This document shows positions 8,113 to 16,556 of a DNA stretch of 20,000 nt, one piece after another. The notes under the pieces are model-generated. The model did not search any database, was not told the origin of the DNA, and saw only the letters and a program-made list of their open reading frames with translations. Origin of the DNA: an uncultured virus (IMG/VR IMGVR_UViG_3300032562_000006) (lineage: Duplodnaviria; Heunggongvirae; Uroviricota; Caudoviricetes); IMG/VR virus record IMGVR_UViG_3300032562_000006, one strand, 5' to 3'. The position numbers and the translations under genes are program-made. Position 1 is the stretch's first letter, and the number at the start of each line of letters is the position of its first letter.

Positions 8113-8532
8113 TCACACGGACCTGTGCTCGTGCTTGCGCGGGCACTCGCCGAGAGGATACGCGGCATCCGCGTAGCCCTTGGCAAGCATCGCTTCCATG
8201 TACTCCGCGTTACCCACGTCATGGACAAGCGACCCCGGAGCGACTAGCCCCTTGCTTGTCGCCCGCATGCAGCGACGCAGTCCGGCAGCCAGCTCGGCGT
8301 CGTAGATCCGGCGGTTCCACTGCTTGTGATCGGTGAGGTAGTCCGCCAGGCCCGCTTCCGCGTGCTCAGCAGTGATACCGGTGAGACCGCTGAACGGGTT
8401 GCGCTGCAAAGCGACCGCGTTGATGTGCTGAACGGCCCATGCAGAAACAGCGTCATGTGAGAAATTGCCGCTGCTGTCGGCCGCGATTGCCTGCGCGAGA
8501 GCAGATATCGCAGCGTCCATTCTGGTGCTCAT
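8113..8532 (-). CDS. 139-aa hypothetical protein
   Basis: Conserved RBS before ATG 8532. Confidence 0.8.
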   Translation of the reverse strand: MSTRMDAAISALAQAIAADSSGNFSHDAVSAWAVQHINAVALQRNPFSGLTGITAEHAEAGLADYLTDHKQWNRRIYDAELAAGLRRCMRATSKGLVAPGSLVHDVGNAEYMEAMLAKGYADAAYPLGECPRKHEHRSV

Positions 8533-8600
8533 GCTGCTTTCCTTCCTTGACGGGGACCGGACGGTCCGAGCCGGTCTCACCCCGGAGGGTGAGGCCGACT

Positions 8601-8811
8601 CTAAGCGTCCGGGCTGACGGGGCTGACGGGGCTGACCGGTGCGACTATGAGATCCGACGCCGGGCACTTGCACTCCGGCTTATCACGGGTGTCATAGAAG
8701 ATGCCGCGCGCCCCGATATAGCCGATGTTCTTCGTGGACCAGGTGAGATCCGGGTGATGGGAGCAGGTGAGGCTGATGTGCGCGCCCCACGGCGATGCTG
8801 GTGTCAGACAT
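8601..8811 (-). pseudogene. Frameshifted ~69-aa Cys/His protein (MSDTSIAVG/AHISLTCSHHPDLTWSTKNIGYIGARGIFYD...ECKCP)
   Basis: TGATG-coupled ATG at 8811; span 211 nt = 3n+1; removing one base of the C4 run 8785-8788 gives a clean ORF with good codon usage. Confidence 0.6.
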
Positions 8812-9173
8812 CAGGGACGCACCGGCCTGATGACGTTATAGTCCGTGCCGACCGGGTGCTCGCGGGCGTCGACGGCGGACGGGTCCGGCTGATGCGGATA
8901 GAACCGGGTGAGGCGTCCGTAGAGCTGGAGGGCTCCGGAGAGAGTGTCGCACTGACCGGCGGTGGTGTCGTGCCAGGTCTGGATCTCGCCGGTGTCGCTG
9001 TACGGATTCGCGGTGACGGCGACGGCGGTGATCTGGACGACCCGGAGATCGTTGCTCCAGAAGCGGGCTCCGACCGTGACCGGGCAGCCGTCCGTGCTGT
9101 AGTGGATGAGGTCGAGTTCGTCATTCATCCGCTCGGCGTCATTGTCGACGTCGGACTGATCGAGATCTTTCAC
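8811..9173 (-). CDS. 120-aa hypothetical protein
   Basis: Conserved RBS before GTG 9173. Confidence 0.8.
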   Translation of the reverse strand: MKDLDQSDVDNDAERMNDELDLIHYSTDGCPVTVGARFWSNDLRVVQITAVAVTANPYSDTGEIQTWHDTTAGQCDTLSGALQLYGRLTRFYPHQPDPSAVDAREHPVGTDYNVIRPVRP

Positions 9174-9277
9174 GTGCGCCTTCCTTCCTTGGAACTGGTG
9201 TTCGATCCGACTGGACCGAGCCGCCATCCTGGATGAGGATGACGACCCCGACGAGTCGGGTCGGAGCTACGCCCTGG

Positions 9278-9460
9278 CTAGAGATCGGGGAGGCGGATTC
9301 CATCTCCGCACGCGAGCAGGCCGTACCTGTCATAACGGACTGTGACGAGCTGACTGCCGTGGTGGGGGCTGACCTCACAATTCAGGTAAACATGCGGTTC
9401 CGGTGGCGGGATACCTCGCATGGAGCGCATGAGAATGATGATCTTCCCTGGAATTCCCAT
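9278..9460 (-). CDS. 60-aa hypothetical protein
   Basis: CAGGAAGAGG RBS, preceded by two-hairpin element. Confidence 0.65.
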   Translation of the reverse strand: MGIPGKIIILMRSMRGIPPPEPHVYLNCEVSPHHGSQLVTVRYDRYGLLACGDGIRLPDL

Positions 9461-9545
9461 GTAACCTCTTCCTGCTTGAAGTGATCCAGGCGGATCTCAC
9501 CGCCCGCGCCTCACTTCGAGAGGCGCGGACGATGACTGGCTCGCG

Positions 9546-9872
9546 TCAGCTGTGATGCAGCGTGCAGTCGCTAGCGACGTAGGCGATGTCGGAAGCGATC
9601 TCGGCGGGCGTGGCGCTGCTGCGCTCGTCGATGTAGAGAGAATTGACGTCGTCGGCGAGATAGTTCCACGCGACGTGCTCGCTCGCTGTCATCAGCGCGT
9701 CCAGACGCGTGGCGGACGGGTGCGCGGTCCAGGCCGTGAACGCGGAGCAGGTAGCCTGCCTCGGGGTCGGAGTCGGAGTCGGAGAGGCGCTGGCGGCTGC
9801 GGATGCGGCGGTGATGGTCACTGCCGCGACTGCGAGCGCTGCGGCTGCGGTGATTGCGATCCTGATGTTCAT
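9546..9872 (-). CDS. Secreted protein with signal peptide, PT linker and a Cys pair
   Basis: MNIRIAITAAAALAVAAV...ASA signal; (GGAAAA)n RBS. Confidence 0.8.
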   Translation of the reverse strand: MNIRIAITAAAALAVAAVTITAASAAASASPTPTPTPRQATCSAFTAWTAHPSATRLDALMTASEHVAWNYLADDVNSLYIDERSSATPAEIASDIAYVASDCTLHHS

Positions 9873-9957
9873 TTCTTTTCCTTTTCCTTTTCCTTTTCCT
9901 CCAGGCGGAGGCCGACGGGCACGTGCGCCTGCTTGTGCGGATGCACGTGCACGCCGG

Positions 9958-10260
9958 TCAGTGCCGGGCGGTGCGGATCGGGAGAGCGGCGTTCATGATC
10001 TGCGCGATCTGGGCGGTGCTGGCACGCGGGGCGTAGAGAGTGCGGATGAAATCCTCTAGTGCTGTCTTGCTGGGGGCTGTCACCCGGAAGCTGTACGGGG
10101 TGTCGGTGCGGTCGAAACTCCAGCCGGTAGCGGCCGGGTACGTCCGGTGAGCGGTACGCAGGAGATCCGTGAGGTCCTCACCCGGCCTGGATGCTGCGTG
10201 CGGCCAGGAGAGATTGCCTGAGATCCACTTGCCCGAGTCGTGCGGGTGCTGTGGTGTCAT
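9958..10260 (-). CDS. 100-aa hypothetical protein
   Basis: Conserved RBS. Confidence 0.8.
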   Translation of the reverse strand: MTPQHPHDSGKWISGNLSWPHAASRPGEDLTDLLRTAHRTYPAATGWSFDRTDTPYSFRVTAPSKTALEDFIRTLYAPRASTAQIAQIMNAALPIRTARH

Positions 10261-10313
10261 TGCGTGCCTTCCTTCCTTGATGTGATGCGTGGTCCTGGCG
10301 GACCGCGCCCGAC

Positions 10314-10329
10314 TCGAACTGATGTTCGA
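10314..10329. promoter_or_regulatory. LexA/SOS-box match TCGAAC-TGAT-GTTCGA
   Basis: Exact match to TCGAAC-N4-GTTCGA. Confidence 0.45.
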
Positions 10330-10350
10330 GGCGGACGCCGCGCGTCAGGC

Positions 10351-10839
10351 TCAGTGATCGCCGTGCGAGATGTGCGGGTCGTGCGGGTCGATGCAGTCGG
10401 GATGAGGGTCTGTGGTCTGCCGGGCCGTCCACAGGTCGTACTTTACGATCTGGCACATGGTGATGTGCCGCTGCGGGTGGAGGTCATCTACGATGTTCCA
10501 CACTTGTGGCGGATCCAGTTCGCTGGAGTTCACAGACTTGACGTAGCTGAGTTGACCGACGTTGGACTGCATGATGCGCATGTGCTCGCGATAGTGATGC
10601 AGCCCGTCCGCCTGCGCGTCCTCCAGACGGCTGTAGTAGCCGAAGCTGAACGTGTCCAGCTCCGGATCCAGCTGGTAGAAGTCGCAGGACGCGGGGCCGG
10701 ACTGCCAGCTTGCGAGCCTGGTGCCACCTGAGATGGAGGCGGCCCACGCCGCGTTCTGCTCAGTTGACGCGCCGACACCGGACACGTGGCGTGTCTCGCC
10801 GGTGCCCTCATTGCGGACGGTGACGGAATAGCCTGGCAT
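10351..10839 (-). CDS. 162-aa hypothetical protein with His/Pro/Asp-rich tail
   Basis: Conserved RBS. Confidence 0.8.
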   Translation of the reverse strand: MPGYSVTVRNEGTGETRHVSGVGASTEQNAAWAASISGGTRLASWQSGPASCDFYQLDPELDTFSFGYYSRLEDAQADGLHHYREHMRIMQSNVGQLSYVKSVNSSELDPPQVWNIVDDLHPQRHITMCQIVKYDLWTARQTTDPHPDCIDPHDPHISHGDH

Positions 10840-10935
10840 TGCTTGCCTTCCTTCCTTGAAATGATGCAGTGCTAGCCCTTGACGGACTGCGCCGGACTCA
10901 GTATACTGATGTGATACTGAGTGCGACGCGGACGG

Positions 10936-11118
10936 TCAGGACGGACGGATGAGCCGGATGGCGACGCCGAGGCTGCGGCCGGATGCGGTGACCGGATGCG
11001 CGACCGAGGCGACGGTGTAGTCGCTGCACTGAACGCCCGCCATGAGGAGGACGTCGCTGAGCGTGAGGCTCAGCACGAGTGCGTCACCAGCTCCGGCAGG
11101 TGACGGGATGACCTTCAC
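10936..11118 (-). CDS. 60-aa hypothetical protein
   Basis: GAGGAAAAGGA RBS before GTG 11118. Confidence 0.65.
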   Translation of the reverse strand: MKVIPSPAGAGDALVLSLTLSDVLLMAGVQCSDYTVASVAHPVTASGRSLGVAIRLIRPS

Positions 11119-11158
11119 GTGATGATTCCTTTTCCTCGGGACCGGCCTGGCTGGCGGG

Positions 11159-11440
11159 TCAGGCTGGCTGCGCAAACAGGATCGTTTCCAGATCCGGCAT
11201 TGGATCGCTGAACTCGTGAGTCACGACGTTCGCGCCCGCCATGCAGAACACGCAGTCCGGGTTCGGCTGCGTGCGCGCGTGCACACGGAGATGCACGCGC
11301 AGAGTGCAGGCGGTGGAGTCGCGGCAGATGATCACCGTGATCCAGGAGCCGAACACGCTGCGGATGCGGATGCTGCAGAGAGGCTGAAGCTTCTCGCAGA
11401 AGTCGCAGCGCGCTGTCATGATGCAGGTGTGCGTCAGCAT
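11159..11440 (-). CDS. 93-aa Cys-rich protein (CDFC, CVFC)
   Basis: CAGGAAGG RBS before ATG 11440. Confidence 0.75.
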   Translation of the reverse strand: MLTHTCIMTARCDFCEKLQPLCSIRIRSVFGSWITVIICRDSTACTLRVHLRVHARTQPNPDCVFCMAGANVVTHEFSDPMPDLETILFAQPA

Positions 11441-11541
11441 TGCATTACCTTCCTGTTCCTTAGGGTCCGTTCCGCCGGACCGCGCCAGGCGCATCGCTAC
11501 GCGATGTGCCTGACGCCGAGTGGCGGTGCGGTGCGGTGCGG

Positions 11542-11682
11542 TCAGTACTTCGGGCGACGGTGCCTGCCCGGACGGGCTGGCGGGGGATCCGGAGATTCCG
11601 CTACCGCGATGGCGGCGGATCCGTCTGCGCAGGCGAGCAGCCCGCATCCGATTGCGATGATGACTGCGATGACGGTTCTCAT
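11542..11682 (-). CDS. 46-aa membrane or secreted peptide with basic tail
   Basis: ATGA overlap; hydrophobic N-terminus. Confidence 0.6.
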   Translation of the reverse strand: MRTVIAVIIAIGCGLLACADGSAAIAVAESPDPPPARPGRHRRPKY

Positions 11683-11834
11683 GACTGAACTGCCTGCGGT
11701 GTCGCGCGGACCTTGCGGATGCACGCGTAGCGCTCAGACTCGGTGAGAGCGAGCCACATGCGGCGCATGTTGGTGCGAGTGGAGATGCCGAGCAGCCTTT
11801 GCAAACGGATCATCTCCTTAGGAGAGACTTCCAT
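11679..11834 (-). CDS. 51-aa basic hypothetical protein
   Basis: CAAGGAAAGG RBS before ATG 11834. Confidence 0.7.
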   Translation of the reverse strand: MEVSPKEMIRLQRLLGISTRTNMRRMWLALTESERYACIRKVRATPQAVQS

Positions 11835-11951
11835 AGCCTTGCCTTTCCTTGATGCGGTGACGCAGCCGCCTGGATGGCGGTGTCTTCCGCTGTGCGCTGA
11901 GCGCACTGACCGGTGCACATCCAGGCGGATGTGCGCCAGCCGAGCGAGTTC

Positions 11952-12308
<357 letters not shown>

Positions 12309-12388
12309 GATGCTTTCCTTCCTTGTGGTGTCCTAGCGGACAGAGCCGGGCACACCCCGTGATGGGGGGTGTGCCCGACCCGTGAGCG

Positions 12389-13396
12389 CTAGGCGCTCGC
12401 GGTTGCGAGTTCCTGCTTGACCGCGTAGCGGTCGGTGGGGGTGTGGAGGTAGCTGAGCTTGCCCGCGCTGTGGCGGGTCAGCTCGGCCGTGGTGGCCGCG
12501 ATGACCTCGCGGATCGTGATGATCTGCGGGTCGTCGGCGGGGAACTGCGCCGCGATGTCGGCAGCGAGCTCTGCGCCCGCCGTCTCCATCTGTATCCTGC
12601 TCGCTTTGTTGGTCATGTTGTAGACGGTGCGGTTACCCGTCCCGTGCTCCTTGATGACCTGGCGAGCGGAGGTGGTAACCACCTTCTCCGCCGTGCGGAT
12701 GTACCCGCCCGGGGCGTCCAGCGCAGTGACGAGCGCCGTGAAGAACGGCCGGAACAGCACCGGGATGACGACCTCCTCGAAGATCGGGTTGGTCTGGGTG
12801 CTTTTGTGGCAGTTGCCGTCGCTGACGAACCCGGCCCCGAACAGGGCCTGCGCCATCATGGAGATGATGCGAGCCAGGGACGGGCCACGGCCCGACGCGG
12901 AATCCGGCCGGAACGTGAACGTGTCCGTGCGGATGATCTCGTCGTCCTTGCGAGCGGCGAGGGTCTCCAGCGCGATGCGCGCGGAGGTGACCGCGTAGGC
13001 CGTCAGCGCGGTGCGGCGGGCGTCCTGCGTGGCGGTCATGCTGACCGCCACGGCCAGGTAGTCCACCGGCTCCGGCTCCGCCACGGGGGCGGCGTCGGTC
13101 GGCTGCTCCGTGTTCACGGGGTCACTCTCAGTGACCGGGGGGGCGGCGTCCGGCTCCTGCTCCGCATCCGCTTGCGCGGGGGCGGGGCTGGCGTCGGGCT
13201 CGCCGGTCGGTGTGGGGGCGGCGTCCGCGTTCACGGTGGCAACCGCGTCCGTGTCCGTGTCCGTGGCCGGGGCGTCCTGCTCCGTTACCGGGGCGGCGGG
13301 CGTCTCGTCCACGGCCGGGGCGGCGTCCGCAGGCTGCTCCGTGTTAGGGGCGGCCGGGGTCCGCTGCGCGCGGCGGTTGTTGATACGAGGTGCCAT
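12389..13396 (-). CDS. 335-aa protein with repetitive acidic Pro/Ala N-terminus and helical C-terminal domain
   Basis: Long ORF, strong GC3 bias, GGGAGAAAG RBS. Confidence 0.85.
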   Translation of the reverse strand: MAPRINNRRAQRTPAAPNTEQPADAAPAVDETPAAPVTEQDAPATDTDTDAVATVNADAAPTPTGEPDASPAPAQADAEQEPDAAPPVTESDPVNTEQPTDAAPVAEPEPVDYLAVAVSMTATQDARRTALTAYAVTSARIALETLAARKDDEIIRTDTFTFRPDSASGRGPSLARIISMMAQALFGAGFVSDGNCHKSTQTNPIFEEVVIPVLFRPFFTALVTALDAPGGYIRTAEKVVTTSARQVIKEHGTGNRTVYNMTNKASRIQMETAGAELAADIAAQFPADDPQIITIREVIAATTAELTRHSAGKLSYLHTPTDRYAVKQELATASA

Positions 13397-13540
13397 TTCT
13401 TTCTCCCTATCCGTTGCCTAGCTACACTGTGTAGCTAGGTTGGTGCCTTGTGCGCCGTATGACTACGGTGCGTGTGCAGGTCGGCTTGCAACCTACAAAG
13501 CCGGACACATACCGTGAGGGGATGTGAGCGACTTTGGGGG

Positions 13541-13714
13541 TTACGGTGCGGTTGGGGTGATGGCTGAGCAGTTGTTCGCGTAGATCTGGCCTGCCACTGT
13601 CGTGTACGAACACACGATCGTAGGGGAGCTGGCGGACCGGCCGATAAGCAGGATGCCGATAATAAGAACGGCGGTCGCTATCACGGTGGCAAACGCGCTT
13701 GCGGTAATTCCCAT
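13541..13714 (-). CDS. 57-aa single-pass membrane protein (MGITASAFATVIATAVLIIGILLIGR...C...C)
   Basis: Manual translation; perfect conserved RBS. Confidence 0.75.
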   Translation of the reverse strand: MGITASAFATVIATAVLIIGILLIGRSASSPTIVCSYTTVAGQIYANNCSAITPTAP

Positions 13715-13813
13715 GATGCTTTCCTTCCTTGACTAGCTGCTCATTGGATTCACAGCTACAAACGCGAGCATTCACTGTGAATGCGCGCGAATGTCATTGT
13801 GAATGCGATGGGG

Positions 13814-14077
13814 TTACTTTAGGGGCCTGGAAAGCGGAGCCGTCGCCAGGATGTTCTGCAATGACGCGATAAGCTTAGGATCCTTAACCGGCGTTGCAGC
13901 CACCTTGTAAAAGGTGCCATCGTGGACAACGTACGTGCCGTAACCGGGGTTGTACGGTTCTAGGGTCTGTACCTCGGCCGCGTGCAATGCGTCGGCTGTT
14001 ATGAAAGCAAGCGTCTGAGCAAATTCATCGAAATGCTCCCCTTTGAGGTAGGAAGCTTTCGCGTGTTCTGATTTCAC
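13814..14077 (-). CDS. 87-aa hypothetical protein
   Basis: CAAGGAAAAGGAAGG RBS before GTG. Confidence 0.75.
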   Translation of the reverse strand: MKSEHAKASYLKGEHFDEFAQTLAFITADALHAAEVQTLEPYNPGYGTYVVHDGTFYKVAATPVKDPKLIASLQNILATAPLSRPLK

Positions 14078-14150
14078 TAGCTGCCCTTCCTTTTCCTTGA
14101 AGCTGCACTTTCACAGCTACAAACGCGAGCATACGAGATGCGCGCGAATG

Positions 14151-14216
14151 TCATTGTGAATGCGGTTCGCCTACCGGAGTGCCGTCTATTGACAGTACAT
14201 AGGTGTATGTACCCAT
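14151..14216 (-). CDS. 21-aa mini-ORF (MGTYTYVLSIDGTPVGEPHSQ)
   Basis: Own leader element and AGGAAGGGCAAGCA RBS; stop lies inside the next repeat. Confidence 0.45.
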   Translation of the reverse strand: MGTYTYVLSIDGTPVGEPHSQ

Positions 14217-14317
14217 TGCTTGCCCTTCCTATTCCCTTGATTAGCTGTTGCATTCCTACAGCTACAAACGCGCGCATTCAGTGTTGCTGAATGCCCGCGA
14301 ATGGCACCGTAGGGGCG

Positions 14318-14713
14318 CTACTGGCAAAATTCGCACACGCGGGATGCCGAGGCTACCGGCATAAGCACGTGACACTTCCTACATTGGTTCTTGGGATTGT
14401 CGTGATAATCGCGGCTGCGCTTTGAATCGGCGACTACCTTACTGCCGTAGATGTAATCGTTGGCCGCTTTCTCAAGCGTGTCCTGGCTTGGTATAACGTC
14501 TTTACCGGGGCATTCGCAATCGGCTTGATAGACCATGTTATTGGTCCGGCCGTTCTTTGCCGGGCGCGATTCGTAATTGAGAGTGCGCAGCGGCAGATTG
14601 CCCTTAGCCGTAACTTGCTTACCGGTTACGCGGACCTTTTTCGTAGTGGCCTGAAAAGAGCCGGAATTGAATTGGGGACGCGCGCCGGCAAGCGGGGAGT
14701 GACGCTTTGACAT
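14318..14713 (-). CDS. 131-aa basic protein with C-terminal Zn ribbon (CRKC...CEFC); first gene of the array
   Basis: CAAGGCAGGGGAAAAG RBS before ATG 14713. Confidence 0.8.
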   Translation of the reverse strand: MSKRHSPLAGARPQFNSGSFQATTKKVRVTGKQVTAKGNLPLRTLNYESRPAKNGRTNNMVYQADCECPGKDVIPSQDTLEKAANDYIYGSKVVADSKRSRDYHDNPKNQCRKCHVLMPVASASRVCEFCQ

Positions 14714-14733
14714 TCTTTTCCCCTGCCTTGATA

Positions 14734-15135
14734 GGTAACAGTCTGGCAATTCAATAATTGTCTACTAACGGTTTGCCCGTGGTAGATAAACAATTGAATT
14801 GCCAGACCATTACCCGGGAACGGCTGATTGCGCCGTGCCCGGGAATGGCCCAAGGATTAGGAAAGAAAGGCATCAATATATGTCTTTGGGAGGTTTACCA
14901 GAAAGGACCTTACGGCGTTTCAGCCGCTACCCCTAACCGGGCCCATGCCTTTACAGCATGGGTGCGCTAATCTAATTAGTCCGCACCATAGGACCATTCC
15001 GGTGAACGGTGCCACCGCTTATGATCCAACATTCCATTACGCCACAACAGAATCAACTGAAATGGCGGGGTCACTAGTCCATAAGCCCATGGTATGCCCC
15101 TTTTAAAAGGCACACTGAGTAGACTTTGGGGGAAA
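14734..15135 (-). ncRNA. Candidate large structured RNA or 5' leader
   Basis: No credible CDS; many nested helices, several with G.U pairs on the minus strand, and a GUAA tetraloop. Confidence 0.4.
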
Positions 15136-15393
15136 TAGGAATGCCCCTTGTTTAATTAATTGTGGCCATTGGTGACCTGGCATAAGACCAGGCGGGCCGC
15201 AAGGTAAACCTGGCAAACCGGGCCAAAGTACCGCCCGCCTTGCCCCCCTTGCCCAACAAGCCAAACATTACCCGCTACCAGGGTGTGGTGGGTAACGTAA
15301 CAGGCACGGAACGGTAACGGTATGGTAACGGGTACCGGGGGGTCCGCTGGCTCGGTAGTCGGCAGCCTGCCAGGCATGCGTGCCCTGTATGCC

Positions 15394-15480
15394 ACCTAGT
15401 AGCCACGTAGGCGGGGCTGTAGACATCCCCCTGCCCATCACAAGCGGGGGCATTCGCGCCCGCCTACGTGGCTGCTAGGT
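15394..15480. repeat. 22-bp inverted repeat (1 mismatch) with 43-nt spacer
   Basis: ACCTAGTAGCCACGTAGGCGGG 15394-15415 and complement 15459-15480. Confidence 0.9.
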
Positions 15481-15530
15481 ACCCGCAAGCCCCTATGTGC
15501 GTAGAGTAGCCACTGGTAACACTGCGTGCC

Positions 15531-15578
15531 TGCTTGCATTTGCAAGCACTGTACGCCGTATGCTTGCAGTTGCAAGCA
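15531..15578. promoter_or_regulatory. Two tandem palindromes TGCTTGCA-N2-TGCAAGCA, 30 bp apart (operator-like)
   Basis: 15531-15548 and 15561-15578. Confidence 0.6.
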
Positions 15579-15581
15579 CCC

Positions 15582-15696
15582 CGGTTGTACGAACATACGT
15601 ACGACCCGGTTGTACGCATGACCATATGACTCGGTTGTATGGTCGACCGTACGACCGTACACCGGACATATAGGACGAAACGGACATATAGGACGA
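15582..15696. repeat. Iteron-like direct repeats
   Basis: CGGTTGTA at 15582, 15607, 15632 (25-bp period); CGGACATATAGGACGA at 15663 and 15681. Confidence 0.85.
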
Positions 15697-15788
15697 TCAG
15701 TACGAGAAAGGGGCAAATCGGGCACCCAGCGAGCGGCTATCCACCACCCTCGCTAGCCCCATCCCCCCCGCCCCCCAGGCGTAAACAG

Positions 15789-15827
15789 CTGAGCCCGGAG
15801 TGACGGTTTTTGTCACTCCGGGCTCAG
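15789..15827 (-). terminator. 16-bp perfect hairpin, probable terminator of the right-hand operon
   Basis: CTGAGCCCGGAGTGAC / GTCACTCCGGGCTCAG followed by CUGUUUAC on the minus strand. Confidence 0.65.
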
Positions 15828-15930
15828 TCAGTTAAGGTAAACAGCTAACGGAACTCCGCCTTCCAGCTCCCCGACATCCTCACCCTCCGCTCCCGGCCGC
15901 CAACCCTATCCTACACCTCCCCACTGCGTT

Positions 15931-16179
15931 TCACAACTGGCTTTCGACCGATGCAGACCCGCCGCTGGAATCCACCGCGTAAACAGCTCCCAGCTTCAGT
16001 TCCACCGCGACCTCGTGCCCTAGATCCCGCGCATGATCCCTCGCCGCACTGGTGAGCACCAGCCAGTCCGCCTCCTCTCCCTCCGGCGGAATCAGATCAC
16101 CGCACACCTGGCACCAGAGTTCCGCCTTCCGCCGCTGCACCCGGAGCTGCACTACGCCCTGCGACTCATTCACTCTCAT
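15931..16179 (-). CDS. 82-aa C2H2-like Zn-finger protein (CQVC...HARDLGH)
   Basis: ORF track; GGAG RBS. Confidence 0.7.
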   Translation of the reverse strand: MRVNESQGVVQLRVQRRKAELWCQVCGDLIPPEGEEADWLVLTSAARDHARDLGHEVAVELKLGAVYAVDSSGGSASVESQL

Positions 16180-16185
16180 TCACTC

Positions 16186-16350
16186 TCACTCCTGGAACGG
16201 AGGATCCAGCACCGCAACAATCGCCAGCGCCTGCCAGCGTGCAATCCGTCCTATCAGGACGACGAGCCCTGCATCTTCCGTCAGCTCCGCCACTGCGTAC
16301 ATCCCGTCGTTTTCCAGATCCCCCGCCACCCGTCGCTCACACTCACTCAC
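16186..16350 (-). CDS. 54-aa hypothetical protein
   Basis: GTGA overlap with upstream gene. Confidence 0.6.
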   Translation of the reverse strand: MSECERRVAGDLENDGMYAVAELTEDAGLVVLIGRIARWQALAIVAVLDPPFQE

Positions 16351-16550
16351 TTCCGCACCAGAATGCAGATGTGCCGCCCTCCCCCCTCCGCGCACTCCGC
16401 GCACTCCAGTTCACCGTCAAGCAGCATGCGCTGGTGCACCACGCACAGTCGGGCTCGCTCCGGCCGGTGACACGCGCAGCCGTAGCTGACCATCACGGCA
16501 GACGGGCGAGTGCAGGTCTCGCCTGGCAGGTTAATTCCGCAGGTTTCCAT
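16347..16550 (-). CDS. 67-aa Cys-rich protein
   Basis: AAGGA RBS; Cys/His spacing matches 17852..18064. Confidence 0.75.
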   Translation of the reverse strand: METCGINLPGETCTRPSAVMVSYGCACHRPERARLCVVHQRMLLDGELECAECAEGGGRHICILVRK

Positions 16551-16556
16551 TCAGTG

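Larger units (their letters stand above)
13733..14310 (-). repeat. Three near-identical structured leaders (~13733-13807, 14100-14165, 14242-14310)
   Basis: Shared ACAGCTACAAACGCG(A/C)GCAT...ATGC(G/C)CGCGAATG with variable loops. Confidence 0.9.

Noticed and set aside
13733..14310. CRISPR array
   Set aside because: Only three repeats, long unequal ORF-containing spacers, variable internal loops, no cas genes
14880..14936. Plus-strand 18-aa ORF (MSLGGLPERTLRRFSRYP) after an AGGAAAGAAAGG stretch
   Set aside because: Very short, atypical codons, start sequestered in a hairpin; cannot be supported
14900..15082. Hammerhead ribozyme (CUAGUGA...GAAAC...GUC on minus strand)
   Set aside because: Core deviates from CUGANGA and stem II/III pairings could not be formed convincingly
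15156..15725. ORFs in the repeat-rich control region
   Set aside because: No RBS, atypical codon usage, coincide with DNA repeats
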